From an uncultured Acidobacteriota bacterium (lineage in GTDB: Bacteria > Acidobacteriota > Vicinamibacteria > Vicinamibacterales > SCN-69-37): DNA of 64,000 nt. Location of the stretch: assembly GCA_963724645.1 (NCBI GenBank), contig CAVRVJ010000003.1, positions 1,141,074 to 1,205,073 on the forward strand, given 5' to 3'. Each line of letters starts with the position of its first letter. Position 1 is the stretch's first letter. The notes beneath the pieces are model-generated. The model saw only the letters and a list, made by a program, of their open reading frames with translations. It was not told the DNA's origin and made no database searches. A program made the translations under genes and the position numbers. Positions 19,597-29,980 of the stretch are shown in pieces.

Positions 19597-19983
19597 TCAG
19601 GGCTCGTACAGCTCGATCAGATTCAACCGTCTCATCCGCCCGAAATCTGCGTCAAGCGACCAGACCAATGCACCGTTTTCGCGCGCCAACGCAGCAATAA
19701 GCAGATCGCCAAAGCCGAACCGACGTCCGGCGTCGCCGGCCTGGGTGATCCACTCATCGATGATCCGCCAGGTATCTTCGGAGGGAAAGATGACCGGCAG
19801 CGCCGTCAGCGCGCGCTGCAGCGCCGGCCGGTCACGTTTGGAGGCGCCCGACAGCAGCTCGACGCGAACGGGATAGACCAGGGCCACCTCGTCTGCCTCG
19901 AGCAAAGAGGCCAGCACAGGCGCCTCGGGACCCGCTTTCGATCGGAGCGCAGATATCCAGACCGAAGAATCGACCGCGATCAC
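19597..19983 (-). CDS. vapC: PIN-domain toxin VapC
   Basis: Intact 128 aa. (M)IAVDSSVWI...VRVELLSG...FGDLLIAALARENGALVWSLDADF is typical of PIN-domain ribonucleases. A GTG start overlaps the vapB stop (GTGA). Confidence 0.85.
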   Translation of the reverse strand: MIAVDSSVWISALRSKAGPEAPVLASLLEADEVALVYPVRVELLSGASKRDRPALQRALTALPVIFPSEDTWRIIDEWITQAGDAGRRFGFGDLLIAALARENGALVWSLDADFGRMRRLNLIELYEP

Positions 19984-20183
19984 TTGGCGCGCGGACGCCG
20001 GCGGCTTCGCGGCACGTCGACATCAAGATGGACCCGACCCAACAGCGACTTCAGCTCGTCCAGACGACGGCGACGAACCAACTCACGCAAGGCCAGCACG
20101 ACCGTGTCCGTCTTGGACTTGAACCCAAGCGCGTCACGTGCCTCGTCGACCAGATCCATTGGAAGGTCAAGCGTTGTACGCAT
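19980..20183 (-). CDS. vapB: type II antitoxin VapB
   Basis: Intact 67 aa. MRTTLDLPMDLVDEARDALGFKSKTDTVVLALRELVRRRRLDEL is the common VapB (ribbon-helix-helix-like) N-terminus. It is coupled to vapC by a 4-nt overlap. Confidence 0.8.
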   Translation of the reverse strand: MRTTLDLPMDLVDEARDALGFKSKTDTVVLALRELVRRRRLDELKSLLGRVHLDVDVPRSRRRPRAK

Positions 20184-20205
20184 ATAAATAACCGTAATTT
20201 ATATG
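20181..20205. promoter_or_regulatory. perfect 9-bp palindrome overlapping the vapB start codon (candidate operator) in an AT-rich island
   Basis: CATATAAAT-aaccgta-ATTTATATG (20181-20189 / 20197-20205). The surrounding 20184-20260 is conspicuously AT-rich for this genome and contains TATAAAT-like -10 strings on the minus strand. Confidence 0.55.
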
Positions 20206-20298
20206 CCTGGTGATGTCAATAGTCTACCAAATTAGATGCGGACTGGTTGGCCGACTTGAGAGGAGCGGGACAGCAGAAAACCAAGAGAATGCCGGGGT

Positions 20299-22224
20299 TC
20301 AGTTGGCGCGGCGACGGTACGCCGCGGCTTTGACAGGATCCCCGGCCTTCTCGAAGACCTCAGCCACGTAGTTGTAGTCGAAGCGCGCTGCGGCGACGCC
20401 CGCCAGGTGGATGGCGGTTTCGAACTCCCGACCCGCGTCGGCCCATTTCTCCTGCCGCGCGTACAACGCCGCGAGGAGCGCGTGCGGACGATATGCGCGA
20501 GGTTCGGTCGCCATCGTGCCCCGCAGCAGCGTCAGCGCGTCCTCGTGCCGATAGACCAGGATGTAGATCTGCGCGAGCAGAAGGCGCGCCTGAATGCTGT
20601 CCGGATCGGCGGCGGCAAGACGGATGAGTTCCTGCTGGAGTTCGGCAAACCGGGCGCGCGGCGTGCGCGCGATGACATCGCCGCTGTAGAGATCCAGCGG
20701 TGTGACCATCCTGCACTCCTGACGCGCGATGGCCCCGGCGTTCTCGACCGTGCGCTTCAGATAGACGGCCGTCCGATCGTCCAGGTAGACGAGGGCCCAG
20801 GCCGGGTCGTGTTCGAGGTGGCGGATGTAGGGAAGCGGCGGGCTCGGGACGAACGGCGCGTACCAGAGCACGGCGTGTGTGAAGTGATACTCCCGATCCA
20901 GCCCGTTCCACACGTCCTTGTCGTTCGCCGCGTCTAACGTTCGCTTGATAAACGCGTAACCGTAATCGGAGTTGCGCGTGTCCACGAAGACCTTGCGGCC
21001 GTGATACTCCAGATCGGACCCCAGGTCGTACGTGTTGAACATCGGGCCGCTGATGCCCTCCCGATCGAGAAAGGCCGCCGCGCCGGCTGCCATTTCAAGC
21101 GATCCGTACCCGTACGTCTGGAAGAAGTGGCCGAAGCTTACCCAGGCGCGATAGACCGACGCGCCGGCGAAGAGATAGACGAGCGAAAGAACGGCGCCGG
21201 CGCGCCAGAAGCGCCCGAGAAGCCACGCGCCTGCACGCGCCGAGGCGCCGCTCCAGCGCCACTGATACATCAGGACACCGGTCGCCGCTATGACAAAGAG
21301 CGCCTCATGCCGAACCGCGGTCCGCGAGAGCGCGCCGAATCCAAGAAGAATGACCAGGGAGAAGACCGGCTTCCGGCGCACCAGGAAAATGGCCACGACT
21401 GCGGCGACCCACCAGGGCGCCAGGTCCAGGAGATATGGGCCCCACGCGCGCGGCTGCCATTCCACGATGAACGAAACTGTCTTATCCGTGAGGGCGTAGT
21501 AGAGATAGGCGAAGCTCAAACCGGAGGGAAAGGCGAATTGGGCGAGGACGAGGCCGGCGGCGATCAAGATCGGCAGTCGGGTCTCGGCCCACAGCGTTCG
21601 GGGTCTCGACATCAGCGAACGTGCGTCCCATGCCACCTGCAGCAGCACCGCGCCAAAGACGGCCACACCTAGCAGCGCGGCGCCGCCGTGAAGGTTGACC
21701 CACAGAACCTCCAGCACGAGGAGGACGATCGCGTCGCGGCGTGTTGGCCTCCCACCTGCGTCCAGAATCCTCGTCGCGATGAGCAGAAACCCCGCAAGCA
21801 GCGGGTAGTCGAACAAGTGCGGACGTTCCGTCAGGTTTGGAAGTTTACGCGCCGCGCCGAGCAACGCGACCGGCAGCGCGATCCAGATGGCTGGTCTGTT
21901 GATGACCGCGAGCAGGAAGAACGTCAGCGCGACGAGCGCCGTGCGGAGGACGATGAGCGCCGTCGCGCCCCCCGCGGCGTGGACGAGGTACAGGATGATT
22001 TGTGCGAGCCACTCGTACGTGGACAAGAACGGCTGGCCTTCGCGCGTGTAGGCGAACGGATCGGTCTTGATCAACGCGCCGGTCCGCACCATCAGCTCGC
22101 CGGCCTTCAAGTGGTACCAGATGTCCAGGTCGTCGACCTTGAAGGCACAGAGAAAGACGACAAGGCTGGTGAAGGCGACGACCGATAAACCTGTGAGGGC
22201 CCGGGAGCGGACGACAGGAAGCAT
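20299..22224 (-). CDS. polytopic membrane protein with C-terminal TPR-like repeats (function unknown)
   Basis: Intact 641-aa ORF. About the first 370 aa are a series of hydrophobic helices (LSVVAFTSLVVFLCAF, ALIVLRTALVALTFFLLAV, and others). The C-terminal third has TPR-like helices (ARLLLAQIYILVYRHEDALTLLRG...HALLAALYARQEKWADAGREFETAI...AEVFEKAGDPVKAAAYRRRAN). Confidence 0.6.
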   Translation of the reverse strand: MLPVVRSRALTGLSVVAFTSLVVFLCAFKVDDLDIWYHLKAGELMVRTGALIKTDPFAYTREGQPFLSTYEWLAQIILYLVHAAGGATALIVLRTALVALTFFLLAVINRPAIWIALPVALLGAARKLPNLTERPHLFDYPLLAGFLLIATRILDAGGRPTRRDAIVLLVLEVLWVNLHGGAALLGVAVFGAVLLQVAWDARSLMSRPRTLWAETRLPILIAAGLVLAQFAFPSGLSFAYLYYALTDKTVSFIVEWQPRAWGPYLLDLAPWWVAAVVAIFLVRRKPVFSLVILLGFGALSRTAVRHEALFVIAATGVLMYQWRWSGASARAGAWLLGRFWRAGAVLSLVYLFAGASVYRAWVSFGHFFQTYGYGSLEMAAGAAAFLDREGISGPMFNTYDLGSDLEYHGRKVFVDTRNSDYGYAFIKRTLDAANDKDVWNGLDREYHFTHAVLWYAPFVPSPPLPYIRHLEHDPAWALVYLDDRTAVYLKRTVENAGAIARQECRMVTPLDLYSGDVIARTPRARFAELQQELIRLAAADPDSIQARLLLAQIYILVYRHEDALTLLRGTMATEPRAYRPHALLAALYARQEKWADAGREFETAIHLAGVAAARFDYNYVAEVFEKAGDPVKAAAYRRRAN

Positions 22225-22444
22225 TCGTTAGCGCGCTCGTTAAACCTAATGTAACAGGTCGGATGCGGCTCAAGTGCGTGACGCGTGTCGCTGTTGCGTT
22301 GACGTGCGCAGCTGACTCGGACTGGCGCGACATGCAAGGTGTGAAATCCACGCGGAACGACGCGCCGATTTCGAGCGCCGCCGTCCGCGGAGGACGCGCA
22401 CGTCAACGCAGCGGCGATTCGGGATCAACTGGCGGCTTCGACGC

Positions 22445-24982
22445 CTACCCGAGCCGGTTCAACATTCCTTCTTGGCGCGCGAGCCGCTGCGGCCGCTCCT
22501 GCGCAAAGCGCTGGACCGCCGCAAGAATCGAGGCGGGATCGAGATGCGCTTCCTTGATCACGTCGGCTTCCGATCCGCCGGTGAGCCACTGGTTCTGCTG
22601 GTCGGACGTCAGCGAGTACTCGTCGGTCATCGGTCCCACATTGCGCAGCGGCCACATGCGGCGGGTGCCCGTGGTCACGAACATCAGATCCTCGACCGCC
22701 TCCGGTGGCAGCACGGCATGCCGGTACGCCTCGGGCTGGCGGTCGAACAACTCTTCGCTGATGGCCGCGATCACTTTCACATTGATGCCGGCCGCGTCGA
22801 GCTTCGGGAAGAGACTCACGAGATTGACGGTGGAGCTCGATCCCTGCGCGACCACGTACCCGTGGCGGGGTTGGCCAGGGGCGAAGTCACGGATGACGTA
22901 CAACCCCTTGGCAGCGGCCTTGAGATCCGTGTCGGCAAACCTGGCACGATCGGCGACCGCAAAGTCCGGGCGCGCGACCTCGACCACGATGATCCCGACC
23001 TTCTTCTCACGTGCGGCAACTTCGGCCGCCGCAAAGTAGCCGGGCGCGACGTCGTTGTAATCCCAGCAACTCAGCGTGATGACCTGGCCGCGCGGGAACA
23101 GCTTCCACACCTGGGGCGAAAAGATCCCGAAGTGCGTGCGGGCGTCGGCCGCGGTCTCCGGACCCGAATGGCCCGCCAGGATGTGCAGCACGCCCGTACG
23201 GAACTTGCTGTCCTGGTTCTGCTGGCTCCAGACACGCGCGGGCAGGTACATGAGCGGTGTGAACGCGCCGTACGTGCCGCTCCACGCCCACACGCCGGCG
23301 AACTTGTCCGGATCGACCGACGCATTCTGGCCGACGAGGCCGATCGCGGTCGAGGCGTTGCCCGCCTCCTGAATGGCGGCCTTCAGCCGCGTGCCCCAGG
23401 GATTCTTTTCGGGATCGTAATGGCCCCACAAGCTGCCGTGTTCCAGGTTGATCGATTCCGACAAATCGGCCGCGATCGTCAGCACACGGTTGCCGGTGAC
23501 GACGTTCGCCCACTTGATGACTTCCGAGATTGCGCGGCGTGTGCCGGCCACCTCGCCGGGCTTCCGGAAAAGCGCGATCTTGACGTCCTTCTCAGCGCCC
23601 GAGTCCGGGTTCTTCGCCTTGACGGTGACCGGCTCTTCGGGGAGACTCGCGACGCGCAACCGGTCGTCGAGAAACGGATCACGCGTGACGTCGATCCGGA
23701 GCTTGAAATCGTCCTTGACGGTGTCGCCAATCTCGACGAGCCGATCCGCCAGCCAGTCGCCCAGGCCGTTCTTCTCGAGCACGGACATCGCGACGTCCAT
23801 GTTCTTCTTGAACTGGATCAACCGCTCGCGCGTGTCGGTGACCGCGCCCTGCCGGATGCCCTCGAACTGGACGCCGTACCGCTGTTCGAACGTCTCGGCG
23901 AGCGAGACAAAGTACGGCGAGTTCATCTTCATCGCATACGGGTGGCTCGGGTAGCCGACCACCTGATCGCACGTCGGCGAGATCTTGCCGTGCGCGGCGC
24001 AGGGCCAGTATCCCTTGATCGTCTTGCCGATGGCGATCATGGGACGCCGATCCTTCGGGTCCCAGTCCTCCATCGTCTTCAGCACGCCGACCACCTGGTC
24101 GTAGTCGTGGCCGTCGGGAATCGTGAACACGTTCCAGCCGTACGACTTCCATTGATCGACGATTCGGTAGCCGTCGAACTTGCTGTCGATCACGCCGCCG
24201 ATCAGTGAATCGTCAATCCCGGCGTTGTTGTCCGAGAACAGGATCCGCAGCCGCTTGCCGACCTTGAGCGCGAGCGCCTGCGTCTTGATCTCCTGGGCGT
24301 GACCGGCGCACATCGCGAACTCGCCCTCGAACGCGATGATCTTCGGAGAACCGACCGGCGCGCCGGCAAAGTCCCAGAACGCCGCTTTCCCGGCGGCGAG
24401 CGCGATGCCCACGCCGGACGGCCCGCCGTTCACGTCATTGGTGACGTCGGTCGATTCGATGTGTCCCGACAGCGCACGAATCCCGCGTCCCTTGGCCTCC
24501 GCAAACAGCGGGTGGTCGGCCAGCCCGTGCTCGGCGAGCAGCGTTTTCAGCGCGCCCGCGCCGCGCCGGAAGCCAAGCGCGTCAATCGGAAGCATGGCGA
24601 CGTGCGGGTCCGCGAAATAGCGGCGATTCCCGGTCTCGTGGAACTTCCGATCCAGCGCGTGGCCCATGATCATCCACAGCGCGTAGCAGGTCGGCGCGCA
24701 ATGCCCGGCGGCCAGCATGAACTTGTCGCCGTAGGGATGTTTGGGACGCCGGTAGTCAAACCGCAAGCCGCCCATTTCGGGCCCGGCGAGGTGCGTGGCG
24801 ACGTTATAAGGCGTGTAGGCGAGCGGTCCGCCGAAGTGCCCGGTCTGCGCGTAGTTACCAAGCAGCACGAGCGTCATGCAGGTCAGGAATCCGACGTCCT
24901 CCAACTGCTCTTTGTCGTACTGCAGCGTCGAAGAAACGGGGGAATCGGGGGATGTCTGGACGGCCATCTTGCTGAGAAACAC
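22445..24982 (-). CDS. transketolase-like thiamine-diphosphate enzyme, unusually long (845 aa) with a divergent cofactor motif
   Basis: Intact ORF. It aligns by eye to the transketolase N-terminal signatures: TGHFGGPLA (GHxG), DKFMLAAGHCAPTCYAL, SGHIEST...NGGPSGVGIALAAG, FSDNNAGIDD (the DDNxISIDG region) and DGHDYDQV. The canonical GDG metal/ThDP motif position reads FEGEF. Confidence 0.65.
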   Translation of the reverse strand: MFLSKMAVQTSPDSPVSSTLQYDKEQLEDVGFLTCMTLVLLGNYAQTGHFGGPLAYTPYNVATHLAGPEMGGLRFDYRRPKHPYGDKFMLAAGHCAPTCYALWMIMGHALDRKFHETGNRRYFADPHVAMLPIDALGFRRGAGALKTLLAEHGLADHPLFAEAKGRGIRALSGHIESTDVTNDVNGGPSGVGIALAAGKAAFWDFAGAPVGSPKIIAFEGEFAMCAGHAQEIKTQALALKVGKRLRILFSDNNAGIDDSLIGGVIDSKFDGYRIVDQWKSYGWNVFTIPDGHDYDQVVGVLKTMEDWDPKDRRPMIAIGKTIKGYWPCAAHGKISPTCDQVVGYPSHPYAMKMNSPYFVSLAETFEQRYGVQFEGIRQGAVTDTRERLIQFKKNMDVAMSVLEKNGLGDWLADRLVEIGDTVKDDFKLRIDVTRDPFLDDRLRVASLPEEPVTVKAKNPDSGAEKDVKIALFRKPGEVAGTRRAISEVIKWANVVTGNRVLTIAADLSESINLEHGSLWGHYDPEKNPWGTRLKAAIQEAGNASTAIGLVGQNASVDPDKFAGVWAWSGTYGAFTPLMYLPARVWSQQNQDSKFRTGVLHILAGHSGPETAADARTHFGIFSPQVWKLFPRGQVITLSCWDYNDVAPGYFAAAEVAAREKKVGIIVVEVARPDFAVADRARFADTDLKAAAKGLYVIRDFAPGQPRHGYVVAQGSSSTVNLVSLFPKLDAAGINVKVIAAISEELFDRQPEAYRHAVLPPEAVEDLMFVTTGTRRMWPLRNVGPMTDEYSLTSDQQNQWLTGGSEADVIKEAHLDPASILAAVQRFAQERPQRLARQEGMLNRLG

Positions 24983-25076
24983 AGGCGAAGCCCTAATAGA
25001 TTATGCCGCCCTGCTCGAGCGGCACAAGGAATCAGACGACTGAAACTCGTCCCGGAAATGACGCGTGTACGCGCGC

Positions 25077-27904
25077 TCAGGAGGCCGTGGACCGGGCGTC
25101 CGGACGTTGATCGCCGCCGCCAAAGCTGAGACGCTCCGGAACGGTCCCGCCGGCGGTGACCCTGACCGCGCAGTACTTGAACTCCGGGATCTTGCCGAAT
25201 GGGTCGAGCACGGGATTGGTGAGCATGTTCGCCGCCGCCTCGTAGTAGCAGAACGGCACGAACACCGCGCCGCGCGGCATCCCGTCGTCGGCGCGCGCGT
25301 AGAGCGAGATGCTGACCGCGCCGCGAGGCGATCGTCAGCGTCGCCGCCCGGCGCGACGCCGAGCGCATCGAGATCGAGCGGATGCACCGAGGCGACGGGC
25401 TCCGGCTCGATGGAGTCGAGCGCCGAGGCGCGGCGCGTCATCGATCCGGTATGCCAGTGTTCGAGCTGACGGCCGGTGATCAGCACCAGTCGGATAGTCC
25501 GCGTCCGGGCGCTCGGCCGCCGAGATGAGATCGGCCGGCACGAACTGCCCGCGGCCCGATCGGGGTCGGGAAGCGGTCGATGAACACGACCGGGTCGCCG
25601 GGGTCGCCTTCCTTCACGCAGGGATATGTGACGGACGACTCTCGCTTCGAGGCGCTCCCACGTGATGCCGGCAATCGAGTCCATGCACGCGCGCATTTCG
25701 TTGAACACGTCGCGCGGGATGCGTGTAGCGCCAGTCGAGGCCCATGCGGCGGCCGAGCTCGGTGAGGAGCCAGAAATCCGCCCGCGCATCGCCAGGCGGC
25801 TCGATCGCCTTGCGTCCGAGCTGCACCATGCGATCGGTGTTGGTGACGGTGCCGACCTTCTCCGGCCACGCCGTCGCCGCGAGCACGACGTCGGCGAGGT
25901 AGGCGGTCTCGGTGAGGAAGATGTCCTGCACGACGAGATGATCGAGCGCGGCCAGCGCTTCGCGCGCGTGATCGACGTCCGGATCCGACATCGCCGGGTT
26001 CTCGCCCATGATGTACATCGCCGCGGATCTGCGTGCTCTTCGCGGCGTTCATGATCTCGACGACGGTCAGGCCGGGATCCGGATCGAGCTGCGGTCTTCC
26101 ACAGCGTCTCGAACCGCTGCCGCGCCTCGGGCGCGTTCACGCGCTGATAGTCGGGATAGAACATCGGGATCAGGCCCGAGTCGGACGCGCCCTGCACGTT
26201 GTTCTGGCCGCGCAGCGGATGCAGGCCCGAGCCCGGCTTGCCGATCTGACCGGTCGAGAGCGCCAGCGCGATCAGGCAGCGCGCGTTGTCGGTGCCGTGC
26301 ACGTGCTGCGAGATGCCCATGCCCCACAGAATCATCGAGCCCTTCGACGTCGCGTAGAGCCGCGCGACCTCGCGGATCGTCTGCGCGTCGATGCCGCAGA
26401 TCGGCGCCATCGCCTCGGGCGAGAACTTCTTCACGTTCTCGGCGAGCGCGGCGTAGCCGGACGTGCGATCGCGGATGAACGCCTCGTCGACGAGCCCCTC
26501 CTCGACGATGACGTGCAGCATCGCGTTGAGCAGCGCGACGTCGGTGTCGGGGTTGAACTGCAGGATAGTAGCGTGGCGTGCCGCGCCAGATCGCTGCGGC
26601 GCGGATCGGCGACGATCAGCTGTCGCCCCGCCTTGGCCGCGTTCTTGATGAACGTCGCGGCGACCGGATGGTTCACCGTCGGGTTGGCGCCGATGACGAA
26701 AATCACTTCGGCGTTCGCGACGTCGCGCACCTGGTTCGACACCGCGCCGGAGTTGATGCCTTCCATCAGCGCGGCGACGCTCGAGGCGTGGCAGAGGCGC
26801 GTGCAGTGATCGACGTTGTTGGATCCGAAGCCCGTGCGCACCAGCTTCTGGAAGAGATACGCCTCTTCGTTCGTGCCCTTCGCCGAGCCGAAGCCCGCGA
26901 GCGCGCGCTTGCCGTAGGTGTCGCGGATGTCGCCGCAGCCCGCTGGCCGCGACGTCGAGCGCTTCTTCCCACGTCGCCTCGCGGAAAACGTCCTGCCAGT
27001 TCTCCGGATCGACGGCGAAGTCCTTGTGCTTCGGCACGCCCGGCTTGCGGATCAGCGGCTTGGTGAGCCGGTGCCGATGCTGGACGTAGTCGAAGCCGTA
27101 CCGGCCCTTCACGCACAGGCGGCTCGAGTTGGCGGGGCCGTCCTTGCCCTGCACGTAGAGGATCCTGTTGTCCTTGACGTTGTAGGTGAGCTGGCAGCCG
27201 ACGCCGCAGTACGGGCACACCGAGTCGACGGTCTTCTCCGGCGCGATCTTCGCGACGTCGCGGGCCGGCATCAGCGCGCCGGTCGGGCAGGCCTGCACGC
27301 ACTCGCCGCAGGCGACGCACGTCGAGTCGCCCATCGGGATCGTCGAGGTCGAACACGATCTTCGACTGGCCGCCGCGGAACGCGTAGCCGATGACGTCGT
27401 TGACCTGCTCCTCGCGGCAGGCGCGCACGCAGCGCTTGCACTGGATGCAGGCGTCGAGGTGCACCGCCATCGCCGGATGCGAGAGGTCCTCGGCCGGCTG
27501 CGGCCGCGCGCGGAACCGCGGCTTGCCGATCGCGCATCTTCTTCGCCCAGAGATCGAGCTCGGAGTCGCAGCGTGTAGGACGTCTCGGGCACATCCGACA
27601 GCAGCAGCTCGAGCGACATCTTCTGGCTGGTCACGGCGCGCGCGCTGTTGGTCGTGACCTCCATGCCGTCCTTGGGATAGCGGCAGCAGGACGGCGCCAG
27701 CACGCGCTCGCCCTTGATCTCGACCATGCACGTGCGGCAGTTGCCGTCGGCGCGCATGCCCTCCATGTAGCAGAGGCGCGGGATCTCGATGCCGTGCTCG
27801 TCCGCGGTCTGCGAGGATGCGTCTGGTCGGCGCGGCTCGACGACCGTCTTCCCGTTCAGCGTGAACGTCACGGTCGCAGGCACGCTCGTGTTCTTCTGAT
27901 GCAT
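25077..27904 (-). pseudogene. fdhA: NAD-type formate dehydrogenase alpha subunit (NuoG-like Fe-S N-terminus + molybdopterin oxidoreductase), at least 12 frame changes
   Basis: The recognisable peptide is spread over 13 segments in three frames. Examples: MHQKNTSVPATVTFTLNGKTV...RLCYMEGMRADGNCRTCMVEIKGE (2Fe-2S). AVHLDACIQCKRCVRACREEQ and CVACGECVQACPTGAL (4Fe-4S). VCPYCGVGCQLTY. FGSNNVDHCTRLCHASSV (Cys, not Sec). ILWGMGISQHVHGTDN. HPLRGQNNVQGASD. MYIMGENPAMSDPD. LITGRQLEHWHTGSMTRR. FVPFCYYEAAANMLTN...PEFKYCAVRV. Confidence 0.8.
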
Positions 27905-29554
27905 CAGCTCGACTTCCCGCGGGAAAGTACTTCAGCACGGAGAGCACCGGGTTGGGCGCCGCCTGGCCGAGGCCGCAGATCGAGGCGTCCATCATCGCCT
28001 GCGACAGCTCCTGCAGCAGCGGCTCGTCCCAGCCGCGCGCGTTCATCAGCTGCAGGGCCTTTTCCGTCCCGACGCGGCACGGCGTGCACTGGCCGCACGA
28101 TTCGTCGGCGAAGAACTTCATCACGTTGCGCGCGGCGCGCGGCCGCCGAGTCCTTGTCGGACAGCACGACGATCGCCGCCGATCCGATGAAGCAGCCGTA
28201 CGGCGTCGAGCGTGTCGAAGTCGAGCGGGATGTTCGCCATCGACGCCGGCAGGATCCCGCCGGACGCGCCGCCCGGCAGATACCCGTAGAGCGTGTGGCC
28301 CTCGAGCATGCCGCCGCAGTACTCGTCGATCAGCTCCTGCAGCGTGATCCCGGCGGGCGCGAGGTGGACACCCGGTTTCTTGACGCGCCCGCTCACCGAG
28401 AACGAGCGCAGTCCCTTGCGGCCGTTCCGCCCGTGGCCGGCAAACCAGGCCGGGCCCCTTCTCGAGGATGTCGCGCACCCAGTGCAGCGTCTCCATGTTG
28501 TGCTCGAGCGTCGGGCGGCCGAACAGCCCGACCTGCGCGACGTACGGCGGGCGCAGTCGCGGCTCGCCGCGCTTGCCCTCGATCGACTCGATCATCGCCG
28601 ACTCTTCGCCGCAGATGTAGGCGCCCGCGCCGCGTCGCAGGTGGAATCGCGGAATCGCGCAGGGCGGGTCGGCGCGAAGCGCCGGCGAGCTCCCGCTCAG
28701 GATCGCGCGGCAGCCGTGGTACTCGTCGCGCAGGTAGATGTAGACGGCGTCGATGCCGACCGCCCACGCGGCGATGATCGCGCCTTCGAGAAAGCGGTGC
28801 GGATCGCGCTCGAGGTAGTAGCGATCCTTGAACGTGCCCGGCTCGCCCTCGTCGATGTTGATGGCCATCAGCCGCGGCGCCGGCTCCGCGGCCACGAGCT
28901 TCCACTTGCGGCCGGCGGGGAAGCCGGCGCCGCCAAGGCCGCGCAGCCCCGAGTCTTCCATCAGCGCGATGACGTCCTCGGCCGTTCGCTCGCCGCTGAC
29001 GCACGCCGCCGCGAGCGCGTACCCGCCGGCCGCGCGGTACGCCGCGTAGTCGACGTGGCCCGGGCGTGACCGCGCGCGTTCGACGTCGGGGTGCGCTGAC
29101 GGCGCCCGGCCGCCACGAGCGCGACGACCTTCTTCGACGTGGCGTGCGGCACCGGATTCTGGCCGACGACGGCGACCGGCGCCGTTTCGCAGCGGCCGAC
29201 GCACGGCGCGTGAAGCACGCGGACGTCTGTGGCCGAGCGAGCGCCGGCAGCGCTTTCGAGCAGATCGCTGCGAGCCGGCCAGCTCGCAGGCGATCGAATC
29301 GCAGACGCGAACGGTGATCGCGCGGCGGAGCCGTGTCGCCTTCCTTCACCACGTCGAAGTGGTGATAGAAGGTCGCCACTTCGTACACCTCGGCCATCGC
29401 CATCTTCATCTCGGCGGCGAGCGCGACGAGATGCGCGGCCGGCGAGGCAGCCGAACCGATCCTGAATCAGGTGCAGGAGCTCGATCAGGAGATCGCGCCG
29501 CCGCGGCGCGTCGCCGAGCAGCGCGACGCACCTCGCTCGCGCGCCTCGAGGCAT
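27904..29554 (-). pseudogene. formate dehydrogenase beta-type subunit (NuoE-like 2Fe-2S domain fused to NuoF-like NAD/FMN/4Fe-4S domain), at least 7 frame changes
   Basis: Segments: LLIELLHLIQDRFGCL. AEVYEVATFYHHFDVV. VLHAPCVGRCETAPVAVVGQNP (NuoE-like). SGLRGLGGAGFPAGRKW. INIDEGEPGTFKDRYYLERDPH. GAGAYICGEESAMIESIEGKRGEPRLRPP. ESCGQCTPCRVGTEKA...ICGLGQAAPNPV (NuoF-like). Its stop TGA overlaps the fdhA ATG (TGATG at ~27902-27906). Confidence 0.75.
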
Positions 29555-29722
29555 CGACGCGCGCGTCCTTTCGGCGTCGCGCGCACGCGTCCCGCTTGCC
29601 GCCGGCTGAGGAGACGCGCAGATTGGCGCTCCGTCGTGCGATCGCTGTCAGTCATGAGAGCCTGGCGGACCACCCGTCATGCTAACATTTTGAGTGGCGG
29701 CGCTCCTCCGCGCCGATCATCC

Positions 29723-29977
29723 ATGCACGTTGAATTTCTCGGCATTCCGCGCGAACGCGCCGGCATCTCCGAACTCAGAGGTGCACGCGGAGACGCTCGG
29801 CCAGCTGCTCGCCACGCTGGCCGCCGCTTCCCGGCCTTGCCGGAACTCATCGCGGCGGACGGGCTGCACCGTCCATCGCGGCCAATCTGAACGGCGACGC
29901 GTTCGTCAGCGATCCGCGTACGCCGCTGGCCGCACAACGACCGGCTGCTGCTCCTGTCGGCCGACGTCGGCGGCTAA
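29723..29977 (+). pseudogene. MoaD/ThiS-family sulfur-carrier-like protein ending in Gly-Gly, 4 frame changes in 255 bp
   Basis: The peptide is MHVEFLGIPRERAGISEL / EVHAETLGQLLATLAA / FPALPELIAADGLH / IAANLNGDAFVSDPRTPLAA / DRLLLLSADVGG*. Start and stop are in the same frame, but the middle segments are in other frames. Confidence 0.6.
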
Positions 29978-29980
29978 GCC

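Noticed and set aside
19597-22224. A defence or prophage island around the VapBC pair.
   Set aside because: Only the two-gene TA module is present. There is no integrase, restriction, abortive-infection or phage structural gene nearby, and the neighbours are ordinary membrane and redox genes.
25077-29554. Selenocysteine recoding or programmed ribosomal frameshifting as the explanation for the broken formate dehydrogenase genes.
   Set aside because: The active-site position reads Cys (CTRLCHASSV), with no in-frame TGA there. There are far too many shifts, in both directions, with no recurring slippery motif that I could see.
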